Positions 1 to 13,894 of a DNA stretch of 64,000 nucleotides are shown here, in pieces (the first letter of the stretch is position 1; every line of letters starts with the position of its first letter). The notes under the pieces were generated by a model, which was not told the DNA's origin, made no database searches, and saw nothing but the letters and a program-made list of their open reading frames with translations. The stretch spans positions 28,334,001 through 28,398,000 of the forward strand of contig OZ024761.1 of assembly GCA_964016885.1 (NCBI GenBank), in the 5' to 3' direction. The DNA comes from Eledone cirrhosa (taxonomy: Eukaryota). The translations under genes were made by a program, and so were the position numbers.

Positions 1-243
1 ATCTCTACCAGTAGAATATAGCTTATGATAACTGAATTCCAACTGGGTTTCTAAAGAGCTTAAACCAAACTGGTAGGAGACTCAGGGGTAGACCCCGAGC
101 AAAAATGGTTGGGTAACATCTATGAGGTTGGCTGGTCTTACTGGAGATGGCTGCTTCAGACAAACCCCACTGGACGAAGTGTTTCACGACTCTGCCTCTA
201 CGACTCTCTCTATCAAGAAGACGAAGACGAAGAAGAAGAAGAT
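1..243 (+). mobile_element. RTE-clade LINE 3' fragment
   Basis: Across one frameshift translates to TGRRLRGRPRAKWLGNI, an RTE-type C-terminal motif; ends in (GAA)n. Homologous to 31676-31899. Confidence 0.65.
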
Positions 244-382
244 ATACCGCAAATGCTTGGATAACATCCATGAACATGTGTACGTGTGTGTGTGTGTAAA
301 AAGTAAACAGAAATAACGAAACAAATGACACAGTACAATGGAGAAATATAACAGTTTAACGATTGACATAGTAGGAAAAGAG

Positions 383-418
383 TCTTAAAGTTTTGGACAC
401 TAGTCCTTCATCAGAAGA
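383..418 (-). ncRNA. Minimal hammerhead ribozyme, degenerate
   Basis: Minus strand TCTT-CTGATGA-AGGAC-TAGT-GTCC-AAAAC-TTTAAGA; GAAA is mutated. Intact homolog at 20441-20476. Confidence 0.6.
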
Positions 419-516
419 TAGGAGAAATAAAAGATGAAATAGAAAGATTTAGAGTGAGAAGAGGAAAGGAACGGAATTTTTTTTTTTTTAGAAAAAAGAG
501 TTTGCATTTTTAAAGA

Positions 517-550
<34 letters not shown>

Positions 551-555
<5 letters not shown>

Positions 556-702
556 AAAGTTTTATTTAAAATTGTTGGGATACAACAAGTAAATATTTTA
601 TTCATCTCAAATGTTAAGATAACTCAACAACCTATCACTTAGAGCTTTCGCTTTCTCTTCTCTCTCTCTTTCTCTCTCATTTTTCTTTTTTCTCTCTCTT
701 GT

Positions 703-745
<43 letters not shown>

Positions 746-976
746 CGTAACCCAACGGCTTATTTAAAAATATCCAATGCAAATAACCCCACTATCCGGG
801 AGCTTCCAACAGAAATGGTCGCATTCTTTAAGGGTATGTCAATATTCATTTATAAAACTGCTCTATATTATATTTTATCTGATGAAAGCACACCATAATT
901 TAACTTGGTGTCCTTGAAATATGTATAATGAAATAAATATGGTTTTATAAATATAGTTTCCATATGTTAATATCGT
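551..976. mobile_element. Penelope-like pLTR remnant, family A (inverted tail plus HHR body)
   Basis: Same start (atgcaaaagttttatttaaaa) and end (aatatcg then TA repeat) as 12979-13430; contains the HHR at 871-935. Confidence 0.65.
871..935 (+). ncRNA. Type I hammerhead ribozyme
   Basis: TATTTTAT-CTGATGA-AAGCACACCA...TGGTGTCCTT-GAAA-TATGTA-TA-ATGAAATA; stems I and II pair. Confidence 0.8.
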
Positions 977-1119
977 ATATATATATTTAACAAGTGAAAG
1001 AGAGTGAGTAAGCAAGAAACCTGTTGAACTAAGAGTTATTAATCAGAGTATATACACAGTTGTTGGTCATATATTTCAAACAAAATGAGGTATGAAAAAA
1101 ATAAAATCAGCAGTCTTTA

Positions 1120-2320
<1,201 letters not shown>

Positions 2321-2322
2321 TA

Positions 2323-5300
2323 TCTTGGTGATAGCAGAGATATTAACAAGAACAAAACACCACCAAAAATACCATCATATATAATTAAAATAGAAAAAAA
2401 AGAGTGCTGACCTACGAAAAACCATAGGATATGTGACAATGCTCCTTACATGCCAACAAACACAAAAAGAAACCTCACTCCTCACCAGCAAAGAGTGAAA
2501 AATAAAATAGAGACGATGTTTGGTAACAGTAGAACCAGAACTCTCCAATATAAGCTGATCACCCTCAAACAAGAATTGAGAGCTGTTGGCGAAAAACGCC
2601 GATACCTGAAGAAAAGTGTTTAATAAAAGATTCAGACGAAACCAAACATCAATCTATAGAGATATGAAGGGCAAAATAATAAGTGTTACTGAGGCCCCAT
2701 CCCAGAAAGACAGATTCCCTTTGGAGCAAAATATGGGGTGAAAAGAAGAATTTCAACGAAGATGCAGTGTGACTCAGAGAAATCCGAAAGAACTATTGCT
2801 CCTACACTACAACAAAAACATACGAAATAAGTGAGGCTACCCTTGAGACTGTGCTAGGAAAACTCCAAGACAAGAAAACACCAGGAAGAGACATGATTGT
2901 CAGCTACTGGTACAAAAAACTGATATTCTATCGGAGGTATCTTACTGACCTCTACCAACAAGTTCTTAAGGGAGATACCGGAATGGTTGACATTAGCACA
3001 AACATTACTGGTCCCCAAGAACAAAGACACCCACTTGGCAAAAAACTACCGACCCATTGCATGCCAGAACCTGATTTATAAGATGTATACAGCCTGCCTG
3101 AACCTATTCCTCCAAGATCACTGTGAAAATAATAACATCATCACAGATGAACAAGCAGCTGGAAAGAAAGGGGTTTGGGGATGTGCTGAACAACTCCTAA
3201 TCAACAAAACTGCGATGTCGGAGGTGCGACAACTTAGGAGGAATATGACTACAGTCTGGCTGGACTACAGGAAAGCTTTTGATTCTGTTCCTCACTCTTG
3301 GATGATAGAGGCCCTCCAACTGACATTATTGTCAGAGCCATAGAGAGGCTGTCTTCTTCTTGGGCTACTATCCTAAGGTTAAAGACAGAGAGGGAGGACT
3401 CTATTTTCACTGATAAAATAAAATATTGCAGGGGTATATTTCAGGGGGACAGTCTCTCTGTGATATTATTCATCTTGTCATTAAACCCCTTGTCCTTTCT
3501 GCTCAAGAAATGTGAGGGATACATCATTGGCTCACAGGAGGACAGAAATACGAACCTAACCCATAATTTCTTTGTGGACGATCTGAAACTCTATGCCAAG
3601 AACATGGATGGGATGAAGAAAAATCTTGACCTGGTTACAACGTTCTCAAAGGATATAGGAATGGAGTTTGGCCAAGATAAATGGTCATACATGACTGTAA
3701 AGCAGGGAAAAACAACAACCCAATCTAGCAACATTGTCATCAAGGGCCTAACTGTTTCACCGATATCTGATGAGGACTGCTACAGATCCCTGGGGATAGA
3801 TGAGAACATATCCTATAATGGTATCTGTAATAAAGAACGCGCGACCAAGGAATACTACACCCGATTAAGAAAGATCTGCTCATCGGAACTCTCTGCACAA
3901 AACAAAACAGTGGCTCACAATGTGTTTGCTGTGCTTGTCCTAACACCAACGTTTGGAATACTCAATTGGACGATAGACGAAATCCGAGCAGTTGATGTTG
4001 GAACTCAAAAAATACTGAACAACACCAGAAACTTCCACATCAACAGTGACATAGACCGCCTTTACTTGAAACGTAAGCAGGGAGGCAGAGGCGTAACATC
4101 AGTCCAGACAACATTTGAATGTCGCATCATATCTCTCCGACAACATCTACGAACCTTGAAGCGTAGGAGCCCGTTTCTGGAGCAAGTCTATCTGCATGAA
4201 ACAGATAAGATCATGAGAGTTGGGAAGGAATTCCTCGAGAGATATTCCCTGTGTGATAATCAAAAACTCACACCCAGGGATGTCGCTCAGCAGTATCGCA
4301 GTGAATCCATGGATGAAAAACTGCATGCCTATCAGCAAAAATGATATGATGCCAGGAAGCTCCAGAGTGAGAGCAATATAGATAAGGAAAGTAGTCTATC
4401 TTGGACCAACAACCGCTATATTGGCTCCCACTTTGAAGGATACGCTTTTGCAATCCAGGAACAGGAGATTAGCAGCAAATACCTGATTCACAAAAGAGAT
4501 AGAGATGCAGGCAAAACACCTAGATGTGATAACAAGTGCAGACTCTGCAGAACTAACATCGAGGATATCACCCATGTCATCAGCAGCTGTCCAAAGATGT
4601 CATCGCAGTACTATCTACCTATGAGGCATGATGTAGTGGCCAAAACAATGTACAATGCAGTTCGTAAAAAAGATAGCCCCGATAATAAACACATTAAAAG
4701 CTACAGCAATATGGAAGACATCCATGTACATAATATGAAAGAGTACTGGTGGAATGTTCCAGTAAAAACCCCAATAAAATGCAGGCATAACAGACCAGAT
4801 ATTATGATATGGGACAGGGAGAAGAACGCATGCACAGTAGTGGAAATTAGCTGCCCAGCAGATGCCAATATAATATCAAAGATTAGTGAAAAGGAGAACA
4901 TTTATGCAGAACTGATGAGAAATCTGCAGATATTCCACCCTGATTACACCTTCAGATTTATGCCTGTGATTATTGGGGCACTGGGGTATGTTAGTAACTG
5001 CCTCAATACAAATCTTGAGAAGCTAGGCTTCACAGGAACAGAAAGAACACAACTAATTAGGAAATTACAAGTACAATCCATTAATGGAACAGTAAAAATA
5101 TGTAAAACATTCCAAAAATGTTGCATCTAATAACTGCATATACACATGTACAGATACAAAGCATATACACATGCACACATACAACTCAAAACATCCACAC
5201 ATACAATAACATCCATATCTACACATGCATGCATACATACATATCTTCCTAGTTGATGTTGTGTAAATTCCAATGAGAGAGTCTTGTGTCTATGTTAGAA

Positions 5301-5352
5301 ACCGACTCTCTCTATATTGGTAAAACTTTGTGAAATTATAAAACCAGAAGAA
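2323..5352 (+). mobile_element. 5'-truncated RLE-type non-LTR retrotransposon (R4/Dong-like)
   Basis: RT motifs NYRPIAC, WLDYRKAFDSVPH, GIFQGDSLS, FVDDLKLY; CCHC knuckle CRLC..EDITHVISSC; endonuclease motifs RHD, RPDI, VEISCP; 3'UTR hairpin; flanked by (CATA)n. Confidence 0.9.
2851..5130 (+). pseudogene. Frameshifted RT + Zn knuckle + restriction-like endonuclease ORF
   Basis: Split over ORFs 2851-3081, 2987-3343, 3298-4344 and 4597-5130. Confidence 0.9.
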
Positions 5353-5392
5353 CATACATACGTAAATACATACATACATACATACATACATA

Positions 5393-6178
5393 AAAACCAC
5401 TCAAAAAGCCTGGCATGGAGTTCCGACAGGTTAATGACATCACACCTTGAGGGATATCTCTATGCAATACAGGAACAAGAGCTCCCTACCAAATATCTGC
5501 TGCACAAAAGGGGAGGGCCATCAGCTGACAATAAATGTAAAACAAAGATCGAGGATGTAAGCCACATTGTTGCCAGCTGCGAAAGAATGTCATCTCGCTA
5601 CTACCTCCCCATGAGACACGGTGGGATAGCTAAAAGCATCTGGAACGCACTTCGGAAAACAAAATGAAAAACAAACGAGGAAGAATTTTTGAGACAGATG
5701 GCACTAAGGAATACTGGTGGAACCTGAAAATAAAAACTGCCACCAAATTAAAGCTCAACCAGCCTGATATTGTTGTTTGGGACCACACATTGAAAACGTG
5801 TTCTGTTGTGGAGATCAGCTGCCCACTTGATGTAAACGTTGTCAGAAAAATACAGGGGAAGGAGGACATCTTAGGACCATTGATGAGGAGTTTACAAATC
5901 CAGTATCCAAGATATACCTTTAGCTTCATACCCATCATTATTGGAGCTACGGGTTATATACCAACCCGCTTGGACCAGAGTATGACTGAACTTGGATTTG
6001 CGGACAAAGAGCGCAGCTCCCTAATTCATAGTCTACAAATGGCTACGATAGCTGGCACCTTCAAAATTTGCAAAACATTCTTGCGATTCAAGGGATGACA
6101 ATTTCTTTTCTTTTACAACCTTGCCACCAGGAAGGTGGCGGTCAAAAAAATATAGTCGAAATTAAGAGAAAGAGATAA
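5393..6178 (+). mobile_element. Second, divergent 5'-truncated RLE retrotransposon
   Basis: ORFs 5317-5667 and 5664-6098 carry HLEGYLYAIQEQE, YYLPMRH, EYWWN, QPDIVVWD, VEISCP; ends in (CATA)n. Confidence 0.88.
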
Positions 6179-6496
6179 CATACATACATAGGCATAGATA
6201 TACATACATATGCTGACCAAGCTCTGTTTTCAAAGTTGGTAGTATAGAATAATTCCTTTCTCCTTTCTTATATACTGACAGTACAACAAAACAGGAGACA
6301 TTTTCAGCAATTAATTTCTAGAAATATAGAACCAGAGAGGAAAATGGCTACCGAAATCAGGTATTGATTCCTATACCACGCTGACAGCTCATCAATCAAA
6401 GGTGATGTTATGTTAATAGTTATTAATTTTTAAACATTAAAAGTCAACTTGGTGCTAGCTGTTTATATATATATATACATACATATATATATATAC

Positions 6497-6531
<35 letters not shown>

Positions 6532-6855
6532 TATGCATATATATATATATGCATATATATATATATATATATGCATATATATATATATATATATATGCAT
6601 ATATATATAAGCATATATATATATGCATATATATATATATACATATATATACACATATGTATATGATATATATACATATTCATGCATATATATATAAGCA
6701 TATATATATATGCATATATATATATATACATATATATACACATATGTATATGATATATATACATATTCATGCATACACATACATATATATATATGTATAT
6801 ATATATATACATACATACATACTTACATACTTATACACACATATCAACACACACC

Positions 6856-6893
<38 letters not shown>

Positions 6894-7596
6894 CATAGAT
6901 ACACAAACACACACATATATGCATATATATATATATAAACACGTGTGTGCAGTTTAAATGGTAAAAAAAATATATATATATCGATATAGACACAAATACT
7001 GTATCACTTGGATACGATACATTCCTGTGATGATATTGGCCTTTTAAAAGTCCAACCAGTCACGCCATCTGTTGTGCTTCCACAATTTAATGGTTAACAC
7101 ACTGCCCTTTATACTCGATATTTTATAATGCCTGACAGACTATACACAAGCTTTCTTCTCAGTTTCTTGTGGTGTTTGTTCTGTGTATTTGTGTTCCATG
7201 TCGTGAGTTCTTGGGTAAGATATTTAATATGTAAATCAGTTGAACAGCACCACTGAGGCCTGGGGTGTCTTTAGCAGAGTTCAGTTGCAGGAAAACAAAC
7301 TAGAACTCAAGTTTGGGGATATATTCTGCCATTTTTTTTTATCAGATTCGGGCACAATGAAAGATAAAAGGTCAGGGATGCAGTCCTTTCCTTCATGATT
7401 ATTATTTGGGGTTATTTAAATTATTTTATCCCTTTTTATAATGAGGGAGAACAAGAGAGAGAGAGAGAGATGACCCATATTATTCCTGATGTCGGTGTAT
7501 GGGTGCCACTGTGGCTTATAGTATGTCTTGAACATATAAAACCTGGTGGAGCCCATCCCACTCAATGTCTGATCACAGCCTAATTATTGCAAAGAA

Positions 7597-7830
7597 TGAG
7601 AGAGTGAGGGTGGGAGTGAGAGAGTGAAAGTGGGAGAGAGAGTGAGAGTGGGAGAGAGAGTGAGAGTGGGCACGAGAGTGAGAGTGGGAGTGAGAGAGTG
7701 AAAGTGGGAGTGAGAGAGTGAAAGTGGGAGAGAGAGTGAGAGTGGGCACGAGAGTGAGAGTGGGAGTGAGAGAGTGAGGGTGGGAGTGAGAGCGTGAGAG
7801 TGGGAGAGAGAGAGAGAGTGAGAGTGTGAG
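7597..7830. repeat. (GAGTGR/GAGAGT)n hexamer repeat
   Basis: Direct inspection. Confidence 0.9.
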
Positions 7831-7885
7831 GTGAATAAGAAAAAGATATATAAATAAACAGTTTAGATAAATAAAGAGTTTAGAC

Positions 7886-8375
7886 TCATCCTCATCGTTT
7901 TTACATCCACTTTTCCACGCTTGCATACGTTGAATGCATCCTTTTCAACACAGCATCTCTCCACTCACAGCATTCCTTCATCATCTCCTCTCTGTGTGTG
8001 GGTGTCTCAGTGATTTGAGGTCAGCTCACACCACCTCAGTCCAGGTCTTCCTTGGTCTACATCTACTGTGGCTTCCTACCACTGGGATTTCATGGCACTT
8101 CACCCATTGGTCATCATCCAAGCACATCACATGCCCATACCAATGCAGCCCTCTCTCCTCCTGCATACAACTTTGGATTCCTCTTAAAACCAGTTTCTCC
8201 CTCAGTTCATCCAAGCTCTACCTTTCTCCCATATTTTTCATTGCACATCCAATGAAGCACCGTTGATTCATTTCTCTCCAATCTATACATCTCCTCTGCC
8301 GTCACTACCCATGTTTCACTACCATGCAGCATTGCACTTTGCACACAGGCATCATACAGTTGTCCTTTTGTACAT
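7886..8375 (-). mobile_element. RTE LINE 3' fragment
   Basis: ORF 8026-8214 contains LHWYGHVM and RPRKTWTEVV; (GAT)n-like tail. Confidence 0.8.
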
Positions 8376-8533
8376 CGCCATGCCTTGTAGTAAAGAGGTA
8401 CGGCCCTTTATGGTCTGAGTTCAAATCCCGCCGAGGTTAACTTTGCCTTTCATCCTTACGGGGGTCGATAAAATAAAGTACCAGTAATGTACTGGGTAAT
8501 TGCTCGCCTTGTGCCAAAAGTAGAAACAATATT
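8376..8533 (+). mobile_element. tRNA-derived SINE family 2 (Meta-domain-like), 5'-truncated
   Basis: B box GAGTTCAAATCCC; core GCCTTTCATCCTTACGGGGTCGATAAAATAAAGTACCAG. Confidence 0.75.
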
Positions 8534-8929
8534 CTAAGGAATAACACTGCAGTTTTTATCTGATGTTGACAGATGAAGTGGTTTGAACTGGCTAGTTTCT
8601 GGTTGTATTAAACAGTTATCAGAGATCAGAGAAAAAAGAGAAGATAGAGAGAGATGTCCCACCTTCTGTTCACCACAGAGTTATTAGTAGCTTATAGCTA
8701 TTGATAGCATATACAAATTAGGACAGAGCTAACAACTGTGTAGTGCACTATTAATTAATTAATCCACATTGTCAGTGCGTGCACTGTTATGCAAATTATA
8801 CACTTCTGAATAAAACAAAGAAGAACAACAAAGACAACTGTGGCAGTATCGACGGAGATTCAGCTGTTTGGAAAACACGAAAGCCTTAAATTAAGCTAAT
8901 AAACTCATTAAACTGTAAATAATTCTACA

Positions 8930-9270
8930 CCCACTACCACTCAACACCACACCACACCACAGCTACTACCACCACCCAACACAACACAATACTTACAACC
9001 ACCCATAACCACATCCACTACCACCAAACACCATATCCACTACCACATCCACTACCATCACCCAACACCACACACACACTACCACCTCCACCCAACACAA
9101 CCCTACTACCACTTACTACCATACAACACCACACCCCGAAACTACCATACAACACCACACCCCAAAACTACCATACCACTACTTCACTACCACCCAACAC
9201 CACTACCACACAACTACCACACCGCTACCACCCAACACTGCACCATGCAACACCACAACACACCAACCTA
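8930..9270. repeat. CAC/TAC-rich low-complexity tract
   Basis: Direct inspection. Confidence 0.85.
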
Positions 9271-9294
9271 TCATCATTATTATTATTATTTATT

Positions 9295-9490
9295 GGCGGT
9301 GGATTGGCAGTATCGGTAGAGGGTCGGACGCCATGCTTTGCAGCAAAGAGTTACAGCCCTTTATGATCTGAGTTCAAATCCCGCCGACATTTAACTTTGC
9401 CTTTCATCCTTACGGGGTGGATAAAATAAAGTACCAGTAATGCACTGGGTTATTGCTGGCCTTGTGCCTAAAGTAGAAACAATTATTTAT
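9295..9490 (+). mobile_element. SINE family 2
   Basis: A box TGGCAGTATCGG, B box, conserved core; inside (TTA)n. Confidence 0.8.
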
Positions 9491-9685
9491 TATTATTATA
9501 TATTTTACATTTATATATATATATTCATTGTTAATTGTTTTTGTTGTTATGTATCTTTAATCGATTTTATTGAACACTCCCCTCCCCATTCACTGTCCCT
9601 GTCTTTGTATTGTCCCCTATATGTCGGCCCTTGTGGCCAATAAATGAAATCCTCATTATTATTATTATCATTATTATTAATTTTA

Positions 9686-10035
9686 TTCCCAGCATTTTGT
9701 TGAAAGATGGGTGAGAGGGGCAAGAATGGCCCGAGTGAATGGGCCTACTCTGAGTATATGTCTGTAAATTAAAGGTGGAAAACTGGGAGAGGGCACTTGC
9801 CCTGGTGGTCAGGGTCACTGTGGCTTTTTAATGGGCTTTCTCCATGAAAGACCCTCGGAAGTCTCCCCCCTATTGGGGAATTTTTTCATTGTTCTATTAT
9901 TACATCCTCTGTTTCTTGTCTTTTTTACACGCAGAAATGCCGTTTTGTACCGTCCTGTATTGTCCTGTACTGTCCTTAATGTCTACTTTGTGTAAGCCCT
10001 TGTGGTTAATAAAGAAAGCATTATTATTAATATTA
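9686..10035 (+). mobile_element. Putative L1/Tx1-like LINE 3' end
   Basis: PQHFVERWVRGARMARVNG..stop, then pyrimidine-rich UTR, AATAAA and (TTA)n. Confidence 0.5.
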
Positions 10036-10168
10036 TTATTATTGTTAAATTGGTTTTACTATTGTGCACTTTTACTCAAGCTTATTATAAACCCCCCACT
10101 GTCCATGTATTTGTATTGTCCCCTATATGTCAGCCCTTGTGGCCAGTAAATGAAGCCATTAATACTAT

Positions 10169-10352
10169 TGGTGGTGAATTAGCAGGGTTGGATGCTATGC
10201 TTTCTAGCATAGTTACATCCCTTTACGGTCTGAGTTCAAATCCCGTTGAGGTTAACTTTGCCTTTCATCCTTACGGGGGTCGATAAAATAAAGTACCAGT
10301 AATACACTGGGGTAATTGCTGGCCTTGTGCCAAAAGTAGAAACAATTATTAT
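10169..10352 (+). mobile_element. SINE family 2
   Basis: Same core as 9295-9490. Confidence 0.8.
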
Positions 10353-10477
10353 AGTTACTGTTACTACCAATACACATCAACCTATCATTACTATTATAAA
10401 ATTTTATTTTATACCCAAAGAAAAACCCACACTGTATCATCCTGTATTGTCATTAATGTTTCCTTAATATCAGCCCT

Positions 10478-10902
10478 GTGTGGCTAATAAAGAAATCATC
10501 ACCATTATTATTATTTTGTGGGGGGCTTTCTCCACGAGCAACCCTCGGAGTCTCCCTCCTTTTGGGAATTTTTCATTGTTTCCTTTTGTCACACTCTGTT
10601 TTTGTTATTTTTACACGCAGAAATGCCCATTTGTACCGTCCTGTGTTGTCCTTAATGTTATACTTTGTGTCAACCCTTGTGGTTAATAAAGAAATCATCA
10701 CCATTATTATTATTTTGTGGGAGGCTTTCTCAACGAGCAACCCTCGGAGTCTCCCCCCTTTTGGGAATTTTTCATTGTTTCCTTTTGTCACACTCTGTTT
10801 TTGTTATTTTTACACGCAGAAATGCCCATTTGTACCGTCCTGTGTTGTCCTTAATGTTATACTTTGTGTCAACCCTTGTGGTTAATAAAGAAATCATCAC
10901 CA

Positions 10903-10910
<8 letters not shown>
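10478..10910 (+). repeat. 199-bp tandem duplication of the LINE-like 3'UTR
   Basis: TGG(C/T)TAATAAAGAAATC at 10481, 10680 and 10879. Confidence 0.9.
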
Positions 10911-10933
<23 letters not shown>

Positions 10934-11394
10934 TACTATTATTATTATCACTATTTCACTCCTCGTATTCATATTGCGTGCCGTGTGCTCATCCCATATT
11001 GGAGCGCAGCTGTGCTCTCTCAATACATGCAATATGTTTTTTTTTTTTACCTCTGTTTATTTTTTTCATATTGTTTCATATTTGTTTGTTTGTTTGTTTT
11101 GTGAGGGGAAGGGGTTTTATTCTATTGAAAGTACTCAATGTGCGTGCAGTGCCTTGTGGTGCTATTTCCTTCCTCTATGCTGTGTATGTGAATAACTTCT
11201 GGTTATCTATTTATCTCTATGTTCATTTCTTCTATTTGTTGTTTTCTTCTCTTTTGTTTTGTTTCCTTATTTTCATGTTTCATCAGTCAAAATTATTAAG
11301 AGGATTGTTTCTATTTTCAATAACCAAATTCTAGTTATCACTATTTCTAAATCTGAAAAATTCAGTTAATTTCTTCATTTTTTTTATTGGTATT

Positions 11395-11434
<40 letters not shown>

Positions 11435-11435
<1 letters not shown>

Positions 11436-11625
11436 GGTGGATTGGCAGTATCGGTAGAGGGTCGGACGCCATGTTTCTAGCATAGAGTTACGGCTCTTTC
11501 CATTCTGAGTTCAAATCCCGCCGAGGTTAACTTTGCCTTTCATCCTTACGGGGTCGATAAAATAAAGTACCAGTAATACACTGGCATAATTGCTGGTCTT
11601 GTGCCAAAAAGTAGAAACAATTATA
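11435..11625 (+). mobile_element. SINE family 2
   Basis: A and B boxes plus core. Confidence 0.8.
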
Positions 11626-11684
11626 TTTTATCTGATGAAAGCGTACTAAAATGTTAGTACCCTTGAAATACGTCTAATAAAATA
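11624..11684 (+). ncRNA. Type I hammerhead ribozyme (family A)
   Basis: TATTTTAT-CTGATGA-AAGCGTACTAA-AATG-TTAGTACCCTT-GAAA-TACGTC-TA-ATAAAATA. Confidence 0.82.
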
Positions 11685-11807
11685 AATATGGTTTTGTAAA
11701 GATATTTTCCATTTATTAATATTGTTAATATATATATATATAACAAAAAGAGAGGAGGGAAAACACACACATACAAATATATATAAATCAATATTCTCAT
11801 ATATATA

Positions 11808-11849
<42 letters not shown>

Positions 11850-11903
11850 TTATCTTTATACATATATACCAATACATATATATACATATATATATATATA
11901 TAT

Positions 11904-12112
11904 AACGAAAGAAATGTGGTAAGGAACCAGGTGGACCATAATGCACCAAAGTACTCAATACTTAGGGTAGTAGAGTGGGTAATAGGAGCGAGTAGGACCC
12001 CGACGGCTGAGCTCAAGCCGTTTCAACAGCTAATTCTGGACTAAAAATTTTAGTCCAGAATTAGCCGTCGAAACGGCTTGAGCTCAGCCGTCGGGGTCCT
12101 ACTCGTTCCTAT
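11904..12112. mobile_element. Palindromic micro-element, family C (HHR 3' half plus tail)
   Basis: Inverted repeat 11982-12112 centred near 12047; GAAACGGCT-TGAGCTC-AGCCGTC. Homologs at 26176, 26362 and 43608. Confidence 0.7.
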
Positions 12113-12336
12113 ATATATATATATATATATATATAAAGTATTTCCGTAGAAAAGGTAAAGGAAAGAACAGTGCTGTATGTATAGATGAACGACTTCAGAT
12201 GCCTCTGTTGAGGTTGCCTGCCTCATGAAACCATGGATAATGGAATAATTGTGTGGGGTTGTTTATTACATAATCAAATATATATATATAAATAAATATA
12301 TGTAGATACTTATAAAATTAGGAGCAAAGTATGTAG

Positions 12337-12900
12337 ATACTAACTATGGACAATAGGGTTTGCCAGACTCAATTTAAGAATAAATCAAGAAAATAAAATA
12401 CAAACCAGAATTGTGGTAACTACCGATCACTTATACAGCGTTTGGCTATGCTGTTTCGGAAATTAATTGTGAAGAGACTATTTTGAGTTTCTAACTCAAT
12501 ATATACCTTTGATATATTCGGCTCCGTTAATTTGTCGAGCTAATTTAAATGTCGAGTAAACTTGGCTGGTATTTTTAGTGGTGTGAGTTTGAGAGACATG
12601 CTAAGTTCTAATACCATGTGTGTTATTACATATACGTGCACTATTCAGCTGTCTGATTTTCTTAGAAGTGAGGAGTTTACTAATTTTCACCCACTGACGA
12701 GAAAGAATTTGTAATTCTCTTCACAATTAATTTGCGAAACAGCATAGCCAAACGCTGTATGGGTGATCGGTAGTTACCACAATTCCGCTTTGTATTTATT
12801 TTCTTGATTTATTCTTAAATTGAGTCTGGCAAACCCTATTGTCCATAGTTAGTATTTTTTCACCTTAGCGAACCTGGTCCCTTATGATTTGAACAGATAT
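12337..12900. mobile_element. Inverted-repeat PLE-like remnant
   Basis: Arms 12337-12477 and 12716-12855; contains a complete HHR. Confidence 0.72.
12687..12766 (+). ncRNA. Complete type I hammerhead ribozyme
   Basis: TCACCCA-CTGACGA-[imperfect stem II]-GAAA-CAGC...GCTG-TA-TGGGTGA. Confidence 0.85.
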
Positions 12901-12978
12901 ATGTATATGTCTGTGTTTATCTCTCTTTTATATTCAATTAGGAAATTATGATATATATAAATATATATATATATATTA

Positions 12979-13430
12979 TATGCAAAAGTTTTATTTAAAA
13001 TGTTGGGTTACAACGAGTAAATATTTTATAACTGATATAAAAGCACTCAACAGGTTTTGGAGTATTTTACAATATTAAACAAATGGAAATTACATTTATA
13101 AAACCATATTTATTTCATTATATATATTTCAGGGATATCATATTAAAAATATGGTATGCCCTCTTCAGACAAAATACAATATATAGACAGTTTTATAAAT
13201 AAATTTGACATACCTTAGAGTTTACAACTTCCATTTCAAAAGTTGTTACCGTAACAACTTTTTAAATGGAAGTTGTAAACTCTAAGGTATGTCAAATTTA
13301 TTTATAAAACTGTCTATATATTGTATTTTGTCTGAAGAGGGCATACCATATTTTTAATATGATATCCCTGAAATATATATAATGAAATAAATATGGTTTT
13401 ATAAATGTAATTTCCATTTGTTTAATATCG
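12979..13430. mobile_element. Family A palindromic element with two HHRs
   Basis: Near-perfect palindrome 13072-13428 centred at 13250; HHR at 13324-13389(+) and 13111-13176(-); tail on the left arm only. Confidence 0.8.
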
Positions 13431-13464
13431 TATATATATTATATATATAAATATAATATATATT

Positions 13465-13595
<131 letters not shown>

Positions 13596-13606
13596 AATAT
13601 ATATAA

Positions 13607-13740
13607 ATATTGTTATACTTTGGGAGGGTCATGTTGCCAATAATTATTGGCAACATGACCCTCCCAAAGTATAACAATATCGGTTTCAACACACGATTTC
13701 AGATAAAGAATCTTGCTAAACAAATTCAGAAACGAAATAT
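13607..13740. mobile_element. Palindromic micro-element (truncated form of 61294-61746)
   Basis: Perfect 74-bp palindrome 13607-13680 plus a one-sided tail nearly identical to 61690-61746. Confidence 0.8.
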
Positions 13741-13836
13741 ATATATATATATTATGGCAAAATTTGAACAGGAACAAAACAGAGAGGCAGTACAATAAAT
13801 GTTTATTAATTTCACGCTCAGGAGAGTGGGGGGGTA

Positions 13837-13894
<58 letters not shown>

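Noticed and set aside
10960-11180. Sequence similar to 22977-23120 (minus)
   Set aside because: Probably a dispersed repeat, but I could not define its boundaries or class.
13072-13428. Palindromes as amplification or assembly fold-back artefacts
   Set aside because: Arms usually carry mismatches, end at reproducible family-specific points, and one has a SINE in a single arm. Reads would still be needed to confirm the most perfect cases.
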